Source: the human T2T-CHM13v2.0 reference genome, Homo sapiens. Taken from it: 64,000 nt of DNA. A program made the translations under genes and the position numbers. The stretch lies in assembly GCF_009914755.1 (NCBI RefSeq), contig NC_060926.1. One strand, written 5' to 3'. The notes under the pieces were generated by a model that ran no database searches, was not told the origin of the DNA, and worked only from the letters and a program-made list of their open reading frames with translations. Below, piece by piece: positions 25,077 through 39,943 of this stretch; position 1 is the stretch's first letter, and every line of letters starts with the position of its first letter.

Positions 25077-28000
25077 ACTCTCCGTCAGAGTTGCCAGGAA
25101 ATGGGGGCCACAGTGGAGAGAGGCGAATAAGAGGCAGTAGAGAGCTGGGATTTGGGCCTCAGGGGCAGCAGGTCCAGGGGAAGGATAGGCATCCCAGGCA
25201 GGGGAAGGCCCCACTCTGTAGGTCCTGGGTGTCGGGGGTGTTCTCCCAACCCAGCAGGAGCCCAGCTCAAGATGAAGCCACCTGTCAGGGAAGGGAGTAG
25301 CTGGGGGTGCAGTGGTTGTGTCAAGGTCACTGCCCAGCCTCACAGACATGATGGGTACCCAAGCACACACAGTGTCACATGCTCTGAGGCAGAAAGGGAA
25401 GCAGGAAGTGACTCCAACCCCCCTCATGCCTGGCTTGGGCCTCGATGAGAGCACTCCAGGTCTGAAGAGGACAAAGAGTCAAGTTAACTCCTACAGTGTG
25501 CCTAGCAGAGCAGGCACTCTTCATACTTCATCTTAGCTAACCCCCACCCCAGCCCCAGAAGGGGGTCATATTAGCCCCTCTTCACATGTAAGGTACCTGC
25601 AGCTCAGAGAGGTGAAGCAGTGGGCTCACAGTTACACAGTGCGTCCATCTTCTGAGTCCTGCAAGTCCTGTCTTGGTGAAGAGCTCCCATGCGAGTTGGA
25701 CAGAGCTGGGATCACATCCTGGCCCTGCACTTACTGGCCATGCGACCCTGGACACCGCCTTGCTATACTGGCTGCGTCTATCTCGTGGGTTAATTTTTGT
25801 AAGATAAGCACAGTGCTGAGCACAGCATTTGGCATGAAAACACTCAGATAACTCATATTAATATCCCCAGCCCTGCCTGCCCAGGTGTGGAGAGCAGGGC
25901 CTGCCCCAGCACAGCTCCTCCCTCCCTTGCATGGTGAGGAGTGCCCAAGCAGGGATGCTGGCTGCTTTGCCACTATTGTCTGCAGCTGGTTGTGCTGGCC
26001 TGGTTAGAAAGGGGTTTCTAGGCAGAGGAGCTCCTGGGTTTGTAACAGCTGGACTCTCCTAGCCCCTGCCCTTGTGCCTCCCAGCAAGTCCACTATGAAC
26101 CCTTGGCAAAGCAGAGGGCAGGGAAGCCTCAGGATAATTCCCCATTTGTCCTCCACCCCCACAGCCAACTTGAGTCTCGATGGGCTTCAAGGACTGTGTT
26201 GTTCCGCTGCTCGGAGCCTCTCACAGGCCCAGCCTCACAGCCAGTGCCAGCTGCAGTCGCGGGGCTGGCAGCCAGACTGGGGAAAGCAAGGGGCGGCCCC
26301 GTCCCTGCCCCCAGCCTTCTAGGGGGTTCTGCCTGGACAAGAAACCCTTTCAGAGTCATGAATCCAGTTGTGGGACAGGCCTGTGATTGTGCATGTTGTT
26401 TTAAAGAGCTTTAACAAACACAACTGGCCCAACAATGGCCTGACTAACATTGACTCTGGAGGTCACCAAGCCCAGGGCGCCCACAGGGAAAGCATTGTGG
26501 CCCTGCCCCAGTGGCCCCAGGCACTCCAGGGCTGGCAGGATCTCCCATAACCCACAGTCTAGGTGCACCTCACAGTCATCCAGAAAGGAGGGAATCTACC
26601 CTTGTATAAGTGCCATTGCATGCCAACCTCTGCCCTCCCATCACAGGTGAGGGGTTGATGCCCTATAAAAATGCACTATCACTCTGCCCAAGGCCTCAGT
26701 GAATTTGTCCCAAATGAACCTTCTCCCCTCAGTACCAAACCTACCGCCCTGACCTGCTATCTCTGGTTCCAGCTCTGAATCCTATCACTGGCTTCCGCTT
26801 CTCTCCCCAGCCCCTCAGAGAAGGCAGTGTGACAAGATCCAAGCTCCCCAAGGAGCTCTGGAAGCTCCCTGGTGACTCATAGCCAAGCACCTTTCTGTTT
26901 GTCACAGCCTTGCCCAAATGTAAACAGCCAGTGCAGGCTGGCCCCAGGGCTCACATCCGGCTCACGACAGTATGCCCTCTCTTCATCAAAATTTCACAAG
27001 TCTTGATGTTCATCTTCTAAAATGAAAAGTATTGCAGGCATAGAGACATGCCCCATGTGGACGGGGCCTGCTTATCTATGACATCAGTAACAAAACAAAA
27101 CAAAAAGGCATCCCTGACAAGTGGGCAAACTTCCTTGGTTTTTACGAAAACTAACCAACTTTGCCACAGCCACTGAGGGAGCAGTTGCACTCTCCACCAC
27201 CAACCTCAAGAGGGAGCTAGCCTCAGTCGCCACTCTAAACACCCTCTCACCCGCCAGCCTCCTCTGTCCTCGCTAGCTGCCCTCTGCCTCCACCCACAGC
27301 TTGTGCTCTTTTGTTTGAACAGAACCATCCGACATCTCCCATATGCCCACTGGCTCCAGCAGGGGCGGTGACTGCTAACAACAAGTCCCATTCCATTGAT
27401 TCCCTCCCCTAAAGGTGTCTGCAAGGGAGAGCTCTCCTGGACGGACACACACAGGAAGAGAGGGCAGGTGGCTTTCCTCACAGTGAGAGCATGCTCGTGA
27501 GTTATGGAGATGCTGTCAGCTGCAATTGCACCAGGCAGTCTCCATGTGGGTCTCCCCTGTGGCTCTGATGCCTGGCAGGGAAGGGACCCTGGAGGGGGAC
27601 TGCTGCTCAGGTGTCCAGACACCTGGCTGAGGGAGAGAGGGACCCACAGATCCTCTAGGACCGCAACAGCCCAGCCACCCTGGACGGGATCTGCAGCCGG
27701 CTGTCAGGGCATGCTCCTTGGAGCTTGGTTTGGCTTCTCTTTGCTGTTCTTGGAAGCTGTGTCTTTGGAAAGCAGAAGCTGGAGTTCCCCCAGCCCTTCA
27801 GGTGGCTGGTGTTTGCCTTCTCTCTCTGCCCTAGCAGCCACACCTCTCTGGAACACTCTGATGTGCGTTTATGGAATGCCCCAGTCACTAATCTTACAAT
27901 TTGTTTAATGAAAAGGAAAAAAAAAAGTCACCCAATCACATATCTGTGGCATTAGTCACAAAACCCTTGACCTGAAGTGCCCAGACTACACCAGCTGCTC

Positions 28001-30344
28001 CATCCCATGAGGCAAATGGTACCCACCTCACCACTCCCTCCAATGGATGGGTCCCTGAGCACTGGCCTGGCAGACTTGAGACTCACTTGGTGCCCTGTTC
28101 TCCTGTCCAAGCCGTGGAGAACTCCAGAGGCAAGACTGCCTGGGTTCACTGTCCAGAGCTGATACTCCCTTGGCACGGGCTCTCAGACAAGTCATTAACC
28201 TCTCTGCGCCTCAGTTATCTCTAAAGGGCGGGGGGTAATTTTAGTGCCCACCTGATAAAGTCATAATGGGGATTAATAAGTTTCCTGAGTACCTGGAAAG
28301 TGCCAGCTGTTACTGCTGACAGTAATATTATGGCCGCCCATGGCCCGGTAGAGCTGCGGAGAAAGCCTATGCAAACAACCTCCCAGAGCAGAGATGATAC
28401 TGCTTGCTCCGAGCCAGTTAACCCAAGGGCGAAATGTGATCCTTTAACAAATGCACAGCTTGCTTCCTGCTATAGCAGGCTGTTCCCAAAGACATCCACC
28501 CTTTCGCTGTCTCCATCAGGACTGAGAGTGGCATCCCTTTAACAGGGTAGAGTCCCTCTGGCTTTGAATGGCTGCCACTTATCAAATGCCTCTGCAGTCT
28601 GGCTAGGAGTGAGCCAGACAAAGAGCTGGGTGTGTGCAGTGCATAACCAATGCCTGGCCAGCGCTGGGCTCACTTGGCTATGTGTTGCACCTGATGACAT
28701 CAGGGGTTGCCTTGCTCCCCAAGTGGTGACAACTCGGCTGTCATAGGGACAAATTATGAGGGGATTCCTGTCCCCTCCTGTGAAGAAGAGAATGGAGAAG
28801 CCAGGGAGAAGCTCTGCTCACTGGCTCTGTTCTTCTCTGCAACATGGGATCTGTACTGATCTTCAGCTGAAACCTAGTAGCTGATGGGCCACTGTCTCCC
28901 CCATCAACTGAGATCACCTCTCATTTCCTTATATCTGCAGGACTTTTCTTTATGTCTATGAAATTAAAGGCCTTGGGGTGTGGGGGTGCAGAAACATGCA
29001 GTGAACCCATCCCAGACTCATAGCACCCAAATCCCTGCAGGCGGAGCCCAGTCTTCTCCGCCTGAATCTGATGCACCTCTGTGCTTGAAGACCGTGGATT
29101 TACAGGAATTACCTGACCCTTATGTGTATGCAGCCAGATGGTCATTTAGTACAAGCCTAGTGGGTTCTAGCCAAAGGCAAACAAAAACTGGCCAGTCTCT
29201 GTCTAGACTCTGGTTTTCTGAGAACTGCCCAAAGAAGTGAATACTTGAGTCCACATGAGAACTCAACTGATCTTTACTAGTTGAATTCAGACTGCCCACT
29301 AGGTAGCTTCTCAGCCTCATTCTGCAGGGCCATATGCTGAGATAGGTGCCACCACCCAGGTAGGAGACTCAGGTTGAGCTGTGCCCTGGTCCAAGTACAG
29401 AGCAGGCAGGCACTGGGAAGGAACCCAGTGGCCTGGCTGGGAGGCAAAGTGAGAGGCACTGCAGGTTCTTAACCAGGCCCAGGAAAGGAAAGGGCTGTTG
29501 AGCAGGCTTTATGGATGAATGGAGGTAGCTCCCATGGTTCCCACCCCTCACTAAGAGCCTGGGGGCTCGGCAGGGGAGCCTAGGCCACCCCTTGGTCTTC
29601 CTCTGAGTCCTTTAGATGCTGTTTGGCCACCTCAGGCACAAGTGTGGCTGAGATGTTTCCCTGCAGGCTTGTTCCTGAGAACAGTCACCTGGGCAGTCAA
29701 TCTGAAGGTGGCTGCTGGGAAACCTCAGGCTTAGGAGTTGGACCCAGGACTCACATGGTGTGAACCCAGCTCAGAGAAACAAAGCTCATCCTTGGAGCAG
29801 GGCCAGCAGAGGCAGCTGAACTTCACGGTCCAGACCAACAAAGCCGTCCCCAGTGGAGCTCTTGGGAGAGGAGCCTGGAAGGGACAAAGGCCAGACACTG
29901 GCCACTCTTTAAAACATAAGGAGTTTCATCATCTCATACCCTGCTGGTGGGGCCAACGGACAATGAGGACTGAACATCTGTGAGGTGCCACGTCACTTCT
30001 CAAAGACAGATCACAGAGGCCTGTGCTGTTAATCTGGGCTCTGTCAGCTGCATCAGCTGACAAGCATGGCCACTCACCAGTTTCTAAGGCTGGGGAACAT
30101 CTGTTGCCATTGTTTTGCCTTGTCTCTTCTTGACTTGCTGCAGAAAAGGCTTGTAATAGTTATTTGCAAAAACAGGTGGAGTGCTTTGAAGAAAAGCCCT
30201 ATATAAACAGAAATAACACAAACAGGTTGCTCTGCTGCGAGGCTGACCTGACTCCACCCTGGCCCAGCTCTGTCATGTCAGCAAGGCTGCTGCCTTCCCC
30301 AGAAAAGGGCCATTAGAGGCCTTGGGGAGGAGAATACTGAACAC

Positions 30345-30540
30345 AGCACTGGGGCGAGAAGACCTTAAATCAAGCCCTAACCCGACCCTTACTGACTGTG
30401 TGACCTTGACTAAGTCACTCAACTTTTCTTCCTCAGCCTGATTCTGTCATCTGGGAAATGTGGGTAAGCAGAACTCTTCTGGTGTTGTATGAAGATTAAC
30501 TAGACAGTGCTTATGAAATGAACTGGCTCACATTAGTTAG
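30345..30540 (+). mobile_element. MIR
   Basis: ttactgactgtgtgaccttgactaagtcactcaac...gtcatctgggaaatg...tgttgtatgaagattaa. Confidence 0.65.
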
Positions 30541-30849
30541 AAAAGTCATAGAAAGTTCTAGCTTGAGGTATGGCTTTATTCAGGTTCTAAGAATGCCAGC
30601 AGGTTTTGCCCCTTGGTCCTTCTTCCCCTGGGTTGGCCCCCTGTTCCTGACTCCATCTGGAAGCTCTGGCAGCCTCAGCCTCACACCGTAACAACACTTA
30701 GCCCAGCAGACCAAAGCAGGTAGGTGCCTGTCACCCAGTGCTCTGGCAAAGTCCTGAGATTCACTCTGCCTGGACCAGGTTAAGTCATGTGACCCCCAAA
30801 CCAGAACCAACCAATATGTCTGGGACACTGAATGCTCAGATTGACCTCA

Positions 30850-31560
30850 TTCACTCACTCATCAAGTGTTTATTGAGCATCTACTATGTACCAGCTACTA
30901 TTGTGCATTCTGGGGGCATAATATTGACAAGGCAGTAAGCTCTGTTGGGGCTTACTTACCAGTAGGAGACAGAAAACAAACAAATACATCAAACAGAATG
31001 ATACAAAATTAGGAAATAACAGATATTAAAAAAATTAACCACCTACAGCAGATTCAGAGGGTAGAGATTGATGTGGGGTATGGGGTAGAGTGCTGTTTAA
31101 ATAAGATGGCTCTCTTAGGAGGTGACATTTGAGACCTGAATGCAATGAGAATAGAAGCTGCGAGAAGATCCGGGCACAGAATATTCTAGGCAGAGAGGGC
31201 CAGTGCAGAGGCTCTGAAGCAGAATAAGCCAGGCTGGTGAAGGAAGAGCCAAAGTGGCCAGTATGGACAGAGGAAAGTAGACTGACAGAGAACAAGGGGA
31301 GGAGAGGTGGGGAAGTGGCAGACGCCATGGGAGGCTGGGCCCTGCCGGCATGGGGAGGAGACAGAGCTTCATTCTGACCATGGTGGAGTCTGCAGGCTTT
31401 TCAGAAGGGAAGAGGCATGACATGAGTTATGCTTGGAAAAGCCCCCTTGCTGCTATGTGGAGAGGGGTGGGGGCCACAGGGGCCAGACAGTAGTGGCTGG
31501 AACGGGGGTGGTGACAGAGCTGGCGAGAAGTGGCTGGACTCAGGACATGTTGTAGGTCAT
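30850..31560 (-). mobile_element. L2 3' fragment
   Basis: ttcactcactcatcaagtgtttattgagcatctactatgtaccag...ggaggtgacatttgagacctgaatg...cagtgcagaggctctgaagcag. Confidence 0.75.
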
Positions 31561-34500
31561 GAGTTCCATCCCTGGAAGCAGAACCTCGTGACCTTCCCAA
31601 ATGGAAATCGGGAGCTATTGCCAGAAGTAATGGGGGTAGATGCTGGTGGACAAAAAGCAAGAGTTTTCCATGACTTTCACCATTTGTAGTTTCATCAATG
31701 TTTCCGTGTGGTGCTATCGTTTCACCATCATTAGTGTTCCCTTGGATGGAAACTGTATCTCCAATTTCTTTTTCTTCCTCCAAGGCCTAGAATCATTTCG
31801 AGGGATTTTAGAGACGATGTGGTCCAAGTCCAACCTCCTTGCAGAGCAGAATCCTAAAGCTTAGGAAAATTTTGGAATTGTACAAAGTCCCCCAGCTAAT
31901 TAGAGCTGGAACTGGCATGCGGCACTCCTGGTTCCTAGTGCTGGCTCCATTCATGGAACAAAGGCTTAATTTGGGATGCTGCCAAGAACTGGTGGAGGTG
32001 ATGGGAGAGGGTCTTACCCTTCTGCATTCTCCATCAGCATCTCCCCAAAAGCCAGTGTGCTCAATAAGCAGAGACCCCACTCCCTCTGACCACCACACTG
32101 CCCCCAAATCCCTCGATACGTAAGTCCTGGAGCTGCCCCCGTGTACAGTCAACAGCCTTTCTTCAGCAATGCTAATGAGAGTCAAGCATCCAGGCCGTAA
32201 AAGGCAGGCTCACATATGGGAAACACCGGGGTAGTGCCTTATTTTTGTTATTTTTTATTTTTTAGAGGAAACTTTATTTGAAGTACAGTCTTTTTATTCC
32301 TGCCGGGAGAGCTGCCGGTGGACAGCTCATTGCTCCTCAGCCACAGGGGCAAGTGTCTGCCTTTGAGGCAGTTCTGCAGTCCATAAAGCAAGATGGATGG
32401 GCAGCTTTGCAGGAGCAGAAAGGGCCAGCGTGGAGCAGCCTGGGAGGGGACTGCCTAAACTCTCCTGCAGATGCTCAGTGTGTCCTGGCCGGTCTCCTGT
32501 GGTAGAGGGGCCTGGGGACAGCTTTTGCCCTTGGGCCCAGCACAGTGTCTGACACTCCGGAGGAATCAATATGCTGGGTGAGGAAAGGGCCAGAGTGGTT
32601 GGATCCCCATGACATGCACACTTGCTGGGCCATAGCACATGTCCTCTGGGCCATCTTCTGGGTGACAGGGGCGCCTGGTATCATGAGAGGGACATGGCTT
32701 GAGCAATCTGGAGTTCTTATTAAGAGCATTACAGTGGAATGCACTCTCCCTCTATCTGTGTGTATGTGGTTTTAATTTTCTACTAAGAAAAGTAATCCCG
32801 ATTCTCTTTAATCAGTAACCACCGTGGTCAGAAGAAGCTGTCACAGGCCAATGGGAGTGGTTAGTGGGTTTAATCATGAAAATGGCTGGCTGTCCTCTCT
32901 GAGGAGGACACGTAATGACGCCTTGGATGGCTTTCTTTCCTTGCTCATCCTGGTTTCAGTAGAGGGCCAGCTGGCTGTGCAGGGCTGCCATCTCTCAGTA
33001 TCTGTGCACTGCTGAGGGGACAGCCAGGGAGGTGTAAATACCAATAAGCTCCATGCAAGCGCAGAGGATCTCGACAGAAGCTCTTCTGAGATGGTGAAGG
33101 CAAGAAGAGCAGCATGTCTGGCATCAGGCAGAGAAGTAGAGAGAGGGAGCCCCGACCGCAGGACACACGTGCTGTGCCTCTCTGGACTGAACAGACATTC
33201 TTTCTCTCGGGCCAGCTGAGGCGTGACAGCAAACAGACAGAGGCAGTGATGGCCCTGCAGCCCGTGGAGCATAGGGGAGAGGAGCCAGAGAGAAGCTGCT
33301 GGCTGTTGATGTGGGGGGATGGCTAGTGAGGGATGCCGGGGTCCTGACTGATGACTGCCTAGTGCTGGCTTTGGCGAAGACGTGAAGGGGCTGCCCACAT
33401 GAATGCCCACTACTGACACTCTTGCTACTAACCTTCAACAGGGGTTTGGGGTTGCCCCTGGGGGGCCAAGTAGGCTGCGGACTTCAAGGGAACACTTTCT
33501 GTGGCCGCTGGCCATGGGGAAATTCCCCTTGCCAACAAGGAGGAACATGCGTGGGCAAGTGGCTGAGAGCGCTCAGGAGGCTTTAGCTAATGTGTCCTCC
33601 TCAGGAGGCCAGCTGGGAGGGGCCAGTCCTGCATGGAGGTTTCCTCCATCCTCTGCTATTCCAAGCTCAGCCAGCTGCCCAGTGCCCCTGCCCAGCCAGT
33701 GACAACCTGGCTCCTGGGCCTCCCCCTGGCCTCTCACTCCTCACCCCAGCACTGTGTGGAGCCTCTATAGCCAGGTGGAAAACAAGTCCAGGTGAAAGGC
33801 TGGCTCACATCTTGTCTTTCCTTCCCTCTGTCCCCCGCAACGAGCAAGGGCTCTGTTTGAAGAAAGATGCCTCCCACTCCTCGGCCTACGTGTCCTCCAA
33901 GAGGCTGCCCACCTTCCTTCTCACATGCAACCTGCACACACCTGCGGGCGACAGATGGATTTTTCTAACCATGCTCTACTCAGAGTTTTCTCTCCTCAGA
34001 ATTTCAGCATCCAGAATGTGTGTGTGTATGTGTTTTTGTGTTGACGAATTTCTGCCCACCTAAAAAGCAAATCATCTCTAATATCTTTGCTTACATCACT
34101 GTGAGACCCGCAGGTGAGGCCTCACCTTAAAAGGCATTAAATTCACTGCAAGGCTTTGTTTAGAGAGCAAATCTGCATTGTCTAGGGGTAACAGCACCCC
34201 AGAGCCACAGCACAAAGGGCTCTCTCTTGAAGGGGAGAAGTTGCTATCATTCTCGGTCCACGCGTGGAACACATGAGCACCACAGAAATGCCAGTTGTCT
34301 TTCTCTGGTAACCACTCACATCAGAGATACAGCCTTGGCCCTCCCTTGTCAGATCAGTTTAATTACAGGCACGGATGCCCACTGGGGGGTAGGGAGCAAA
34401 CTGGGATCCTTGGATTTCAATGAAGTCCAAACTGCTTTGAAATCCAGATACAGCCAACCTTCAATTATCCACACTGAGGAAAGGGAGCGTGGATAATCCT

Positions 34501-35282
34501 GAACAGCAGATGATTAAAAAATCATTTCTTTTGGCTTTTGGGGAGGTACCATATGCTATTTGCAACAGAGCAGCAAAATTTCCTCTCTAGTTGTGTTTTG
34601 CTCAGATTAATATTGCAATGAGCTTGCATTTCTCCTCATGCACCAGCTGCCAGCAGAGGGGTTCGGACAGAGGTGGTGAGGAGGGAGAGGGATGGCCTGG
34701 GGTACTGACGAGAAGCCAAAGGCTCGAAAGAGAGAAGGAGAAGAAAAGAAATGAATTAAAAACTCCACATGGAGGGACCGGCTATTAGAGGGTAAATCCT
34801 CCTGGGGCATTGCCTTACTCTTATCTAACTTTCAAGCATATACTTTCTGCCTGTGTGCATGAACCATCTCTTTAGATGCCTGGTCGACTCTCTATGGTGT
34901 GTGACTAGTGCTCGCCTGCCTCCTTGCCTGGGCTTATGCTGTACCACCTGCCTGAAATGCTCCTTTCCTCTCCTGTCCCAACCAAATTTCATCTATCTTT
35001 CAAGATCCAGCACGTTTCTAGTCTTCTCCACAAAGCCTTTTCCAATCACACCCATATGAGGATCTTCTTCCTCTCTTCCATGCCCCTTCTGAATGCCCCT
35101 AGCACAGTATTCTCTGTGGCAACCTATCTGGAGCATAGGCTCCATGAGGTGGGGACAGGTGCTGCGCCAGGCCTCTCGGTGTTCCCTCTGGCAGCTGCAC
35201 AGTGTTTGGGACATGCCCGATAGTTGTCCCCTACTGGAAGACTGATGGACTAAATATTGCAAGAAGGCACGAAGACCCTAAA

Positions 35283-35440
35283 CCAGTGGTTCTCAAGCTT
35301 GAGTGGCCTAAGACTTCCCTGGGGGACTTGGTAAAAGGGTTTCCTGGGATCAGCCCCCAGAGATGCTGCTTCAGCAGGTTGGGTGGAGCTCAGAGTTGGG
35401 CATTTTCAACAAGTCAGTTCTTAGGTGACTGACCGCTGTG
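35283..35440. mobile_element. MER5A-like (hAT-Charlie) fragment
   Basis: ccagtggttctcaagcttgagtg...ccccagagat...gcattttcaacaag. Confidence 0.6.
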
Positions 35441-35664
35441 GAGTCAGTTGTAAAGGCACATATCACCAACACTCACACACCAAGGAACTTTCATCCTTGT
35501 GTTCCAGTTACAAAGGTGAAGCCAAAAGGTTAAAAACAGACACAGCAAAACACACTGGGGTTATTAGTGTTGTCTCTCATAATTCCTAATGCTGATTTCA
35601 GCATTTTCTTAAAAAGGAAAAAAAAAAGTGGAAGCTAAAAGTACAGAGGTTTGCAACAGATTCT

Positions 35665-36700
35665 CCATATTTCTTTGATCCAAAACTGCACCTTCTCCAC
35701 TTTTTAGCATCTCTGATATCAGAGTACAGCTTGCAATCGGTGGTATGCTACAACTAGCTTGGTCCTAGCTCCACTCCCCGCCGTCACACTTCAGTGAATT
35801 ATGTGCTGTGCTGGCACTACACATGTTGAGTTTCACTGCCATTTAAGAGCTTTCAAAAAGATTATGTGACAATTTGGCATTGAAATGAAAAATTACTGCA
35901 TATACAGAAGAGCATGAAAACAGAGCAGTAAGACATAAATTTGATATTAGTGAAACCATTTGTTGGAGGAATAATCACACTTCCATATTTTCTTGCAAAG
36001 AAGCAACAACCAATAGGATCAATTGCTTTATAGCTTTGCTGCTCAAACTGTAGTGCTGGGGCCGGCAGCATTGGCCTCAGCTGGGAGCTTGTGAGAACTG
36101 CCGGATCTCAGGCTCTAGCCCAGACCTGTTGTATAGCTACTGTTTAGCAAGATCCCCAGGTGATTTGTATGAACAGGGAAGTTTGAGAAGCATAGCTTTA
36201 TAGGGCTTATGAAGGGAAGATATCCACAAGTAGATAAAGCTGAGTTAGGTTTGTTACCACGATATACACAAAAGGATCATCTATCACACACTAGGCAAAA
36301 AAGCTTGTAAAAACAGATGTCAGCGGCTGAAAAAATACGGGAGACCATAAGAGAGTGTATCGCCAGTTCACATGAAAGCCCAGAGGATGTTAATTGTGTG
36401 GTTTGGAAAAAATGTGTGGCATTGATGACTGCAAAGTGGTTCAGAAGAGTGAGAATGTGAAGTTTTGTGGAACACCTTAAGCAATTCATTTCACTTGTGT
36501 TTTCCTTTTTAGATACGTCGAGTGCTACACGTAACAAGAGATGTTTAAATAAATATGAAAGAGCTCTTTCAATATGGAAAACATTGTATCAGGAAAGAAA
36601 GCATTGTGTCATAGTTTAATTTGCAACTATTTTTTTCCTTAACTATATAGAAAATGAACATATCTTATAATAAAAGGCATCTCAGATTTAATGAAATATA
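35665..36700 (+). mobile_element. Kanga-type (TcMar-Tc2) DNA transposon, internally deleted, with transposase N-terminal remnant
   Basis: MER104/Kanga-like termini (ccatatttctttgatccaaaactgcac... / ...gcatctcagatttaatgaaatata). Frame from 35853 reads SKRLCDNLALK*KITAYTEEHENRAVRHKFDISETICWRNNHTSIFSCK and, after the MER5A insert, FIGLMKGRYPQVDKAEL. Confidence 0.75.
36034..36195. mobile_element. MER5A (hAT-Charlie) inserted into the Kanga transposase
   Basis: gctgctcaaactgtagt...caagatccccaggtgatttgtatg...gtttgagaagcatag. Exact 8-bp TSD ctttatag at 36026-36033 and 36196-36203. Confidence 0.85.
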
Positions 36701-36846
36701 TATGGAAGTTGCCCATACTTTGCTATAATTGCCTTTTGCCTTTTCTCTTAGAGTTGAAATTTCAGTAACCATTGTCTTCACTCTGGTGATTACTAACATC
36801 AAGATATTTTACTTAAAAAACAAAATTTTGAGTTTGTTGCTTTTGC

Positions 36847-37238
<392 letters not shown>

Positions 37239-38149
37239 TAAGAAAAGAACAGTTTGTCTGCTCTAGCCGCCGTACTTTAGAATTTAGAAAATTAAATAAG
37301 AAAGGAAAAAATGTCACGCAAGAGGTGGAAATGATACAGCAAGACTGCCGTCCAGACGGACTTTAACAGTGATATATCCTCTTTTGCTATTTCAAACAAT
37401 GGCAATCACATTTTAAAAAACCGAATAGCTGCTTTCACAATGAGCTCAACCTGAGCTCATTTAATCCTGAGAAACCTGTGTAACAGGTAGTACTATCTTC
37501 TTTTTCACAAATAAAGAGAGCGAGGTCAGTGAAATGAAATAACTCACCCAAGAAGAGAAGTGTTGTCAGTGGTGGGCCCAGAATTCAAAGGAGGCATCCC
37601 CCAGCCCCCTAAGCCAGCGTCTCTGCAGTGGCAGCTCCTCCATACACACTGGAGCCTGAAGCCTGGATTGGCCCTCTGGCGACAGATTATTTGAAAATCA
37701 TTCCTCAGTTTTAGTGAACAATCCATACATTGTCTTCGTGGACTTGAAGGTCTTCAGTGGGCTGCCTCCTGAGGCTGCCTTTTGCTGGGTAATACCTTAG
37801 GATGTGAGAGCCGCTTGCCTTTAAATATGGAACCAGCTGCTACGTGCTCTTGACCACGGCAAAGCTGGCAGGACCTCAGATTTCCTTATGCGCAAAATGT
37901 CCCCATTTTTTGCAGAGTTTCTTGGAGCGTCCTTCTAAGGTTGAGCTCAGCTCACTTCACTAGGTTGTCATTTAAGAGCATATTGTGGGATGGACCTCAT
38001 GCCTGACCCTGGGGTGCCATCTCACTGCCAACCTTTGACCCCGCTTTATGGCCTCACTGAGAACCTTCTCCCCCAAGATTCTCACTCCTTTAAATAACTC
38101 AGAATGCTAGTCTAAAAAGTTATCCCTCTTCCTTCTCATTAACTGCATT

Positions 38150-38322
38150 AGTGGTTTTCCATCTTTGCCAACATTGGAATCACCTGGGGAGCATTACAAA
38201 AATCTCCAGGCTCGGACCACACCTCCTGTCAATTAAATCAGAAGCTGTGGACGTGGGATCCAGGAACAGTATTTTTGAAACTGTGCAGGTGATTTCAATA
38301 TGCAACCAAGTTTGTGAGACAG
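38150..38322. mobile_element. MER5A-like element
   Basis: agtggttttccatcttt...cattggaatcacctgggga...caggtgatttcaatatgcaaccaagtttgtgaga. Confidence 0.7.
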
Positions 38323-38409
38323 TACATCAGGTTAGTTGTCCACGAGCTTTACTTTTATAAACCTTTCCAATTAAGTTTTTCACTTTAAGTTAAAAGCCCT
38401 TCAGTATTA

Positions 38410-38772
<363 letters not shown>

Positions 38773-39129
38773 TTATTACAAAAAGAACACACGTTTATTG
38801 TGCAACCTTTAGTTTTGCAAATACAGCTAAGCAAAGAGAAGGAATTACAAATCACCAGTGATCTTACTATGAGGCAATAATTCCTGCTAATGTGTTCATA
38901 TGGATTTCTCTAGCATCTTTTCCTTGTTTCTATCATGTGCATGTGTATTTTATTGTACATATGGTTTTGTAGCCTCCTTTTCTCATCTGAACGCCTTTTC
39001 GATTGAACTTCTCAACCTCCTGTCTTTTCCTCCTCTGACCTGACCTCTGTAACTTTAATAAGTCAGTTTTTCTTGGGCCTTTCAACTTGACCTTCTGTGA
39101 ATTCTGAAGCCTCCTTTTAACCTAATGGC

Positions 39130-39943
39130 CAATTCAGTTCACAAGTGCTAAACCTGTTCCTTCTGGAGTCACTGTCTTTCCAAATGGCTCTACCATCTGG
39201 CTGCCCAACTGCTCAAGTCAAATGTGTCTGAGGTCATCCTAGATTCCTTGGACACATTACACTGCATTTCTAACCAACTATCAAAGCATGTCTATTGTGC
39301 CTCTTAAATATTTTTTGAATCCTTATTCATCTCTCCATCCACATTTGCAACTTCCATCCAGGGCCCCATTACATTTTGCCTCCATTGTCACAGCCTCCTA
39401 ACTAGCCTCTTTATCCCCAGCCTTGCTTCCCTCTAGACCACTCCCCCACAACATCTGGGTGATATCACAAAGTTATTACCTTTGAGATAAAGTCTACACT
39501 CCTTCCTAAGGTTTTCAAAGCCGATATGAGCCAGCATCTGCTTAAATAATGCCCACTCTATCCTTCTCCCATGACTCCACCACACACCTGGTCCATGATG
39601 CTTCAGAAACATTGACTGCTTCCCTCTTTGTTCTACCTTAAACACGCTTCTCGTTTCTTCTGGTGAATGCCTGCTCATTTTGCAGGTCTCAGATGGATCC
39701 CCGCTTTCCTGGAGAAGTCTTTCCTGACTCCCCAGAGCTGGATCAGATGCCTCTCTTTGTGCTCCCCTAATACGCTGTATCTGCCCTATTGCAGCACACA
39801 TCACATTGAATTGCACTGGCCTCTTTTCTTGGCTGTGTCTTCTCCAAACTGGAACACCAGGGCCACATCTGTTTTGCTCGACATAATGTCTCCAGCATCT
39901 AGCAACACTAACGAAAACATCTGTTGAATGAATGGTGAATGAT
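39130..39943 (+). mobile_element. L2 3' fragment
   Basis: gtcatccttagattcc...cagcctcctaactag...ttcctggagaagtctttcctgac...ends catctgttgaatgaatgg (L2 tail). Confidence 0.7.

Noticed and set aside
32874-34063. Overlapping 100-181 aa ORFs in GC-rich unique DNA
   Set aside because: Pro/Ser/Leu-rich translations on both strands with no recognisable homology; expected by chance at this GC content.
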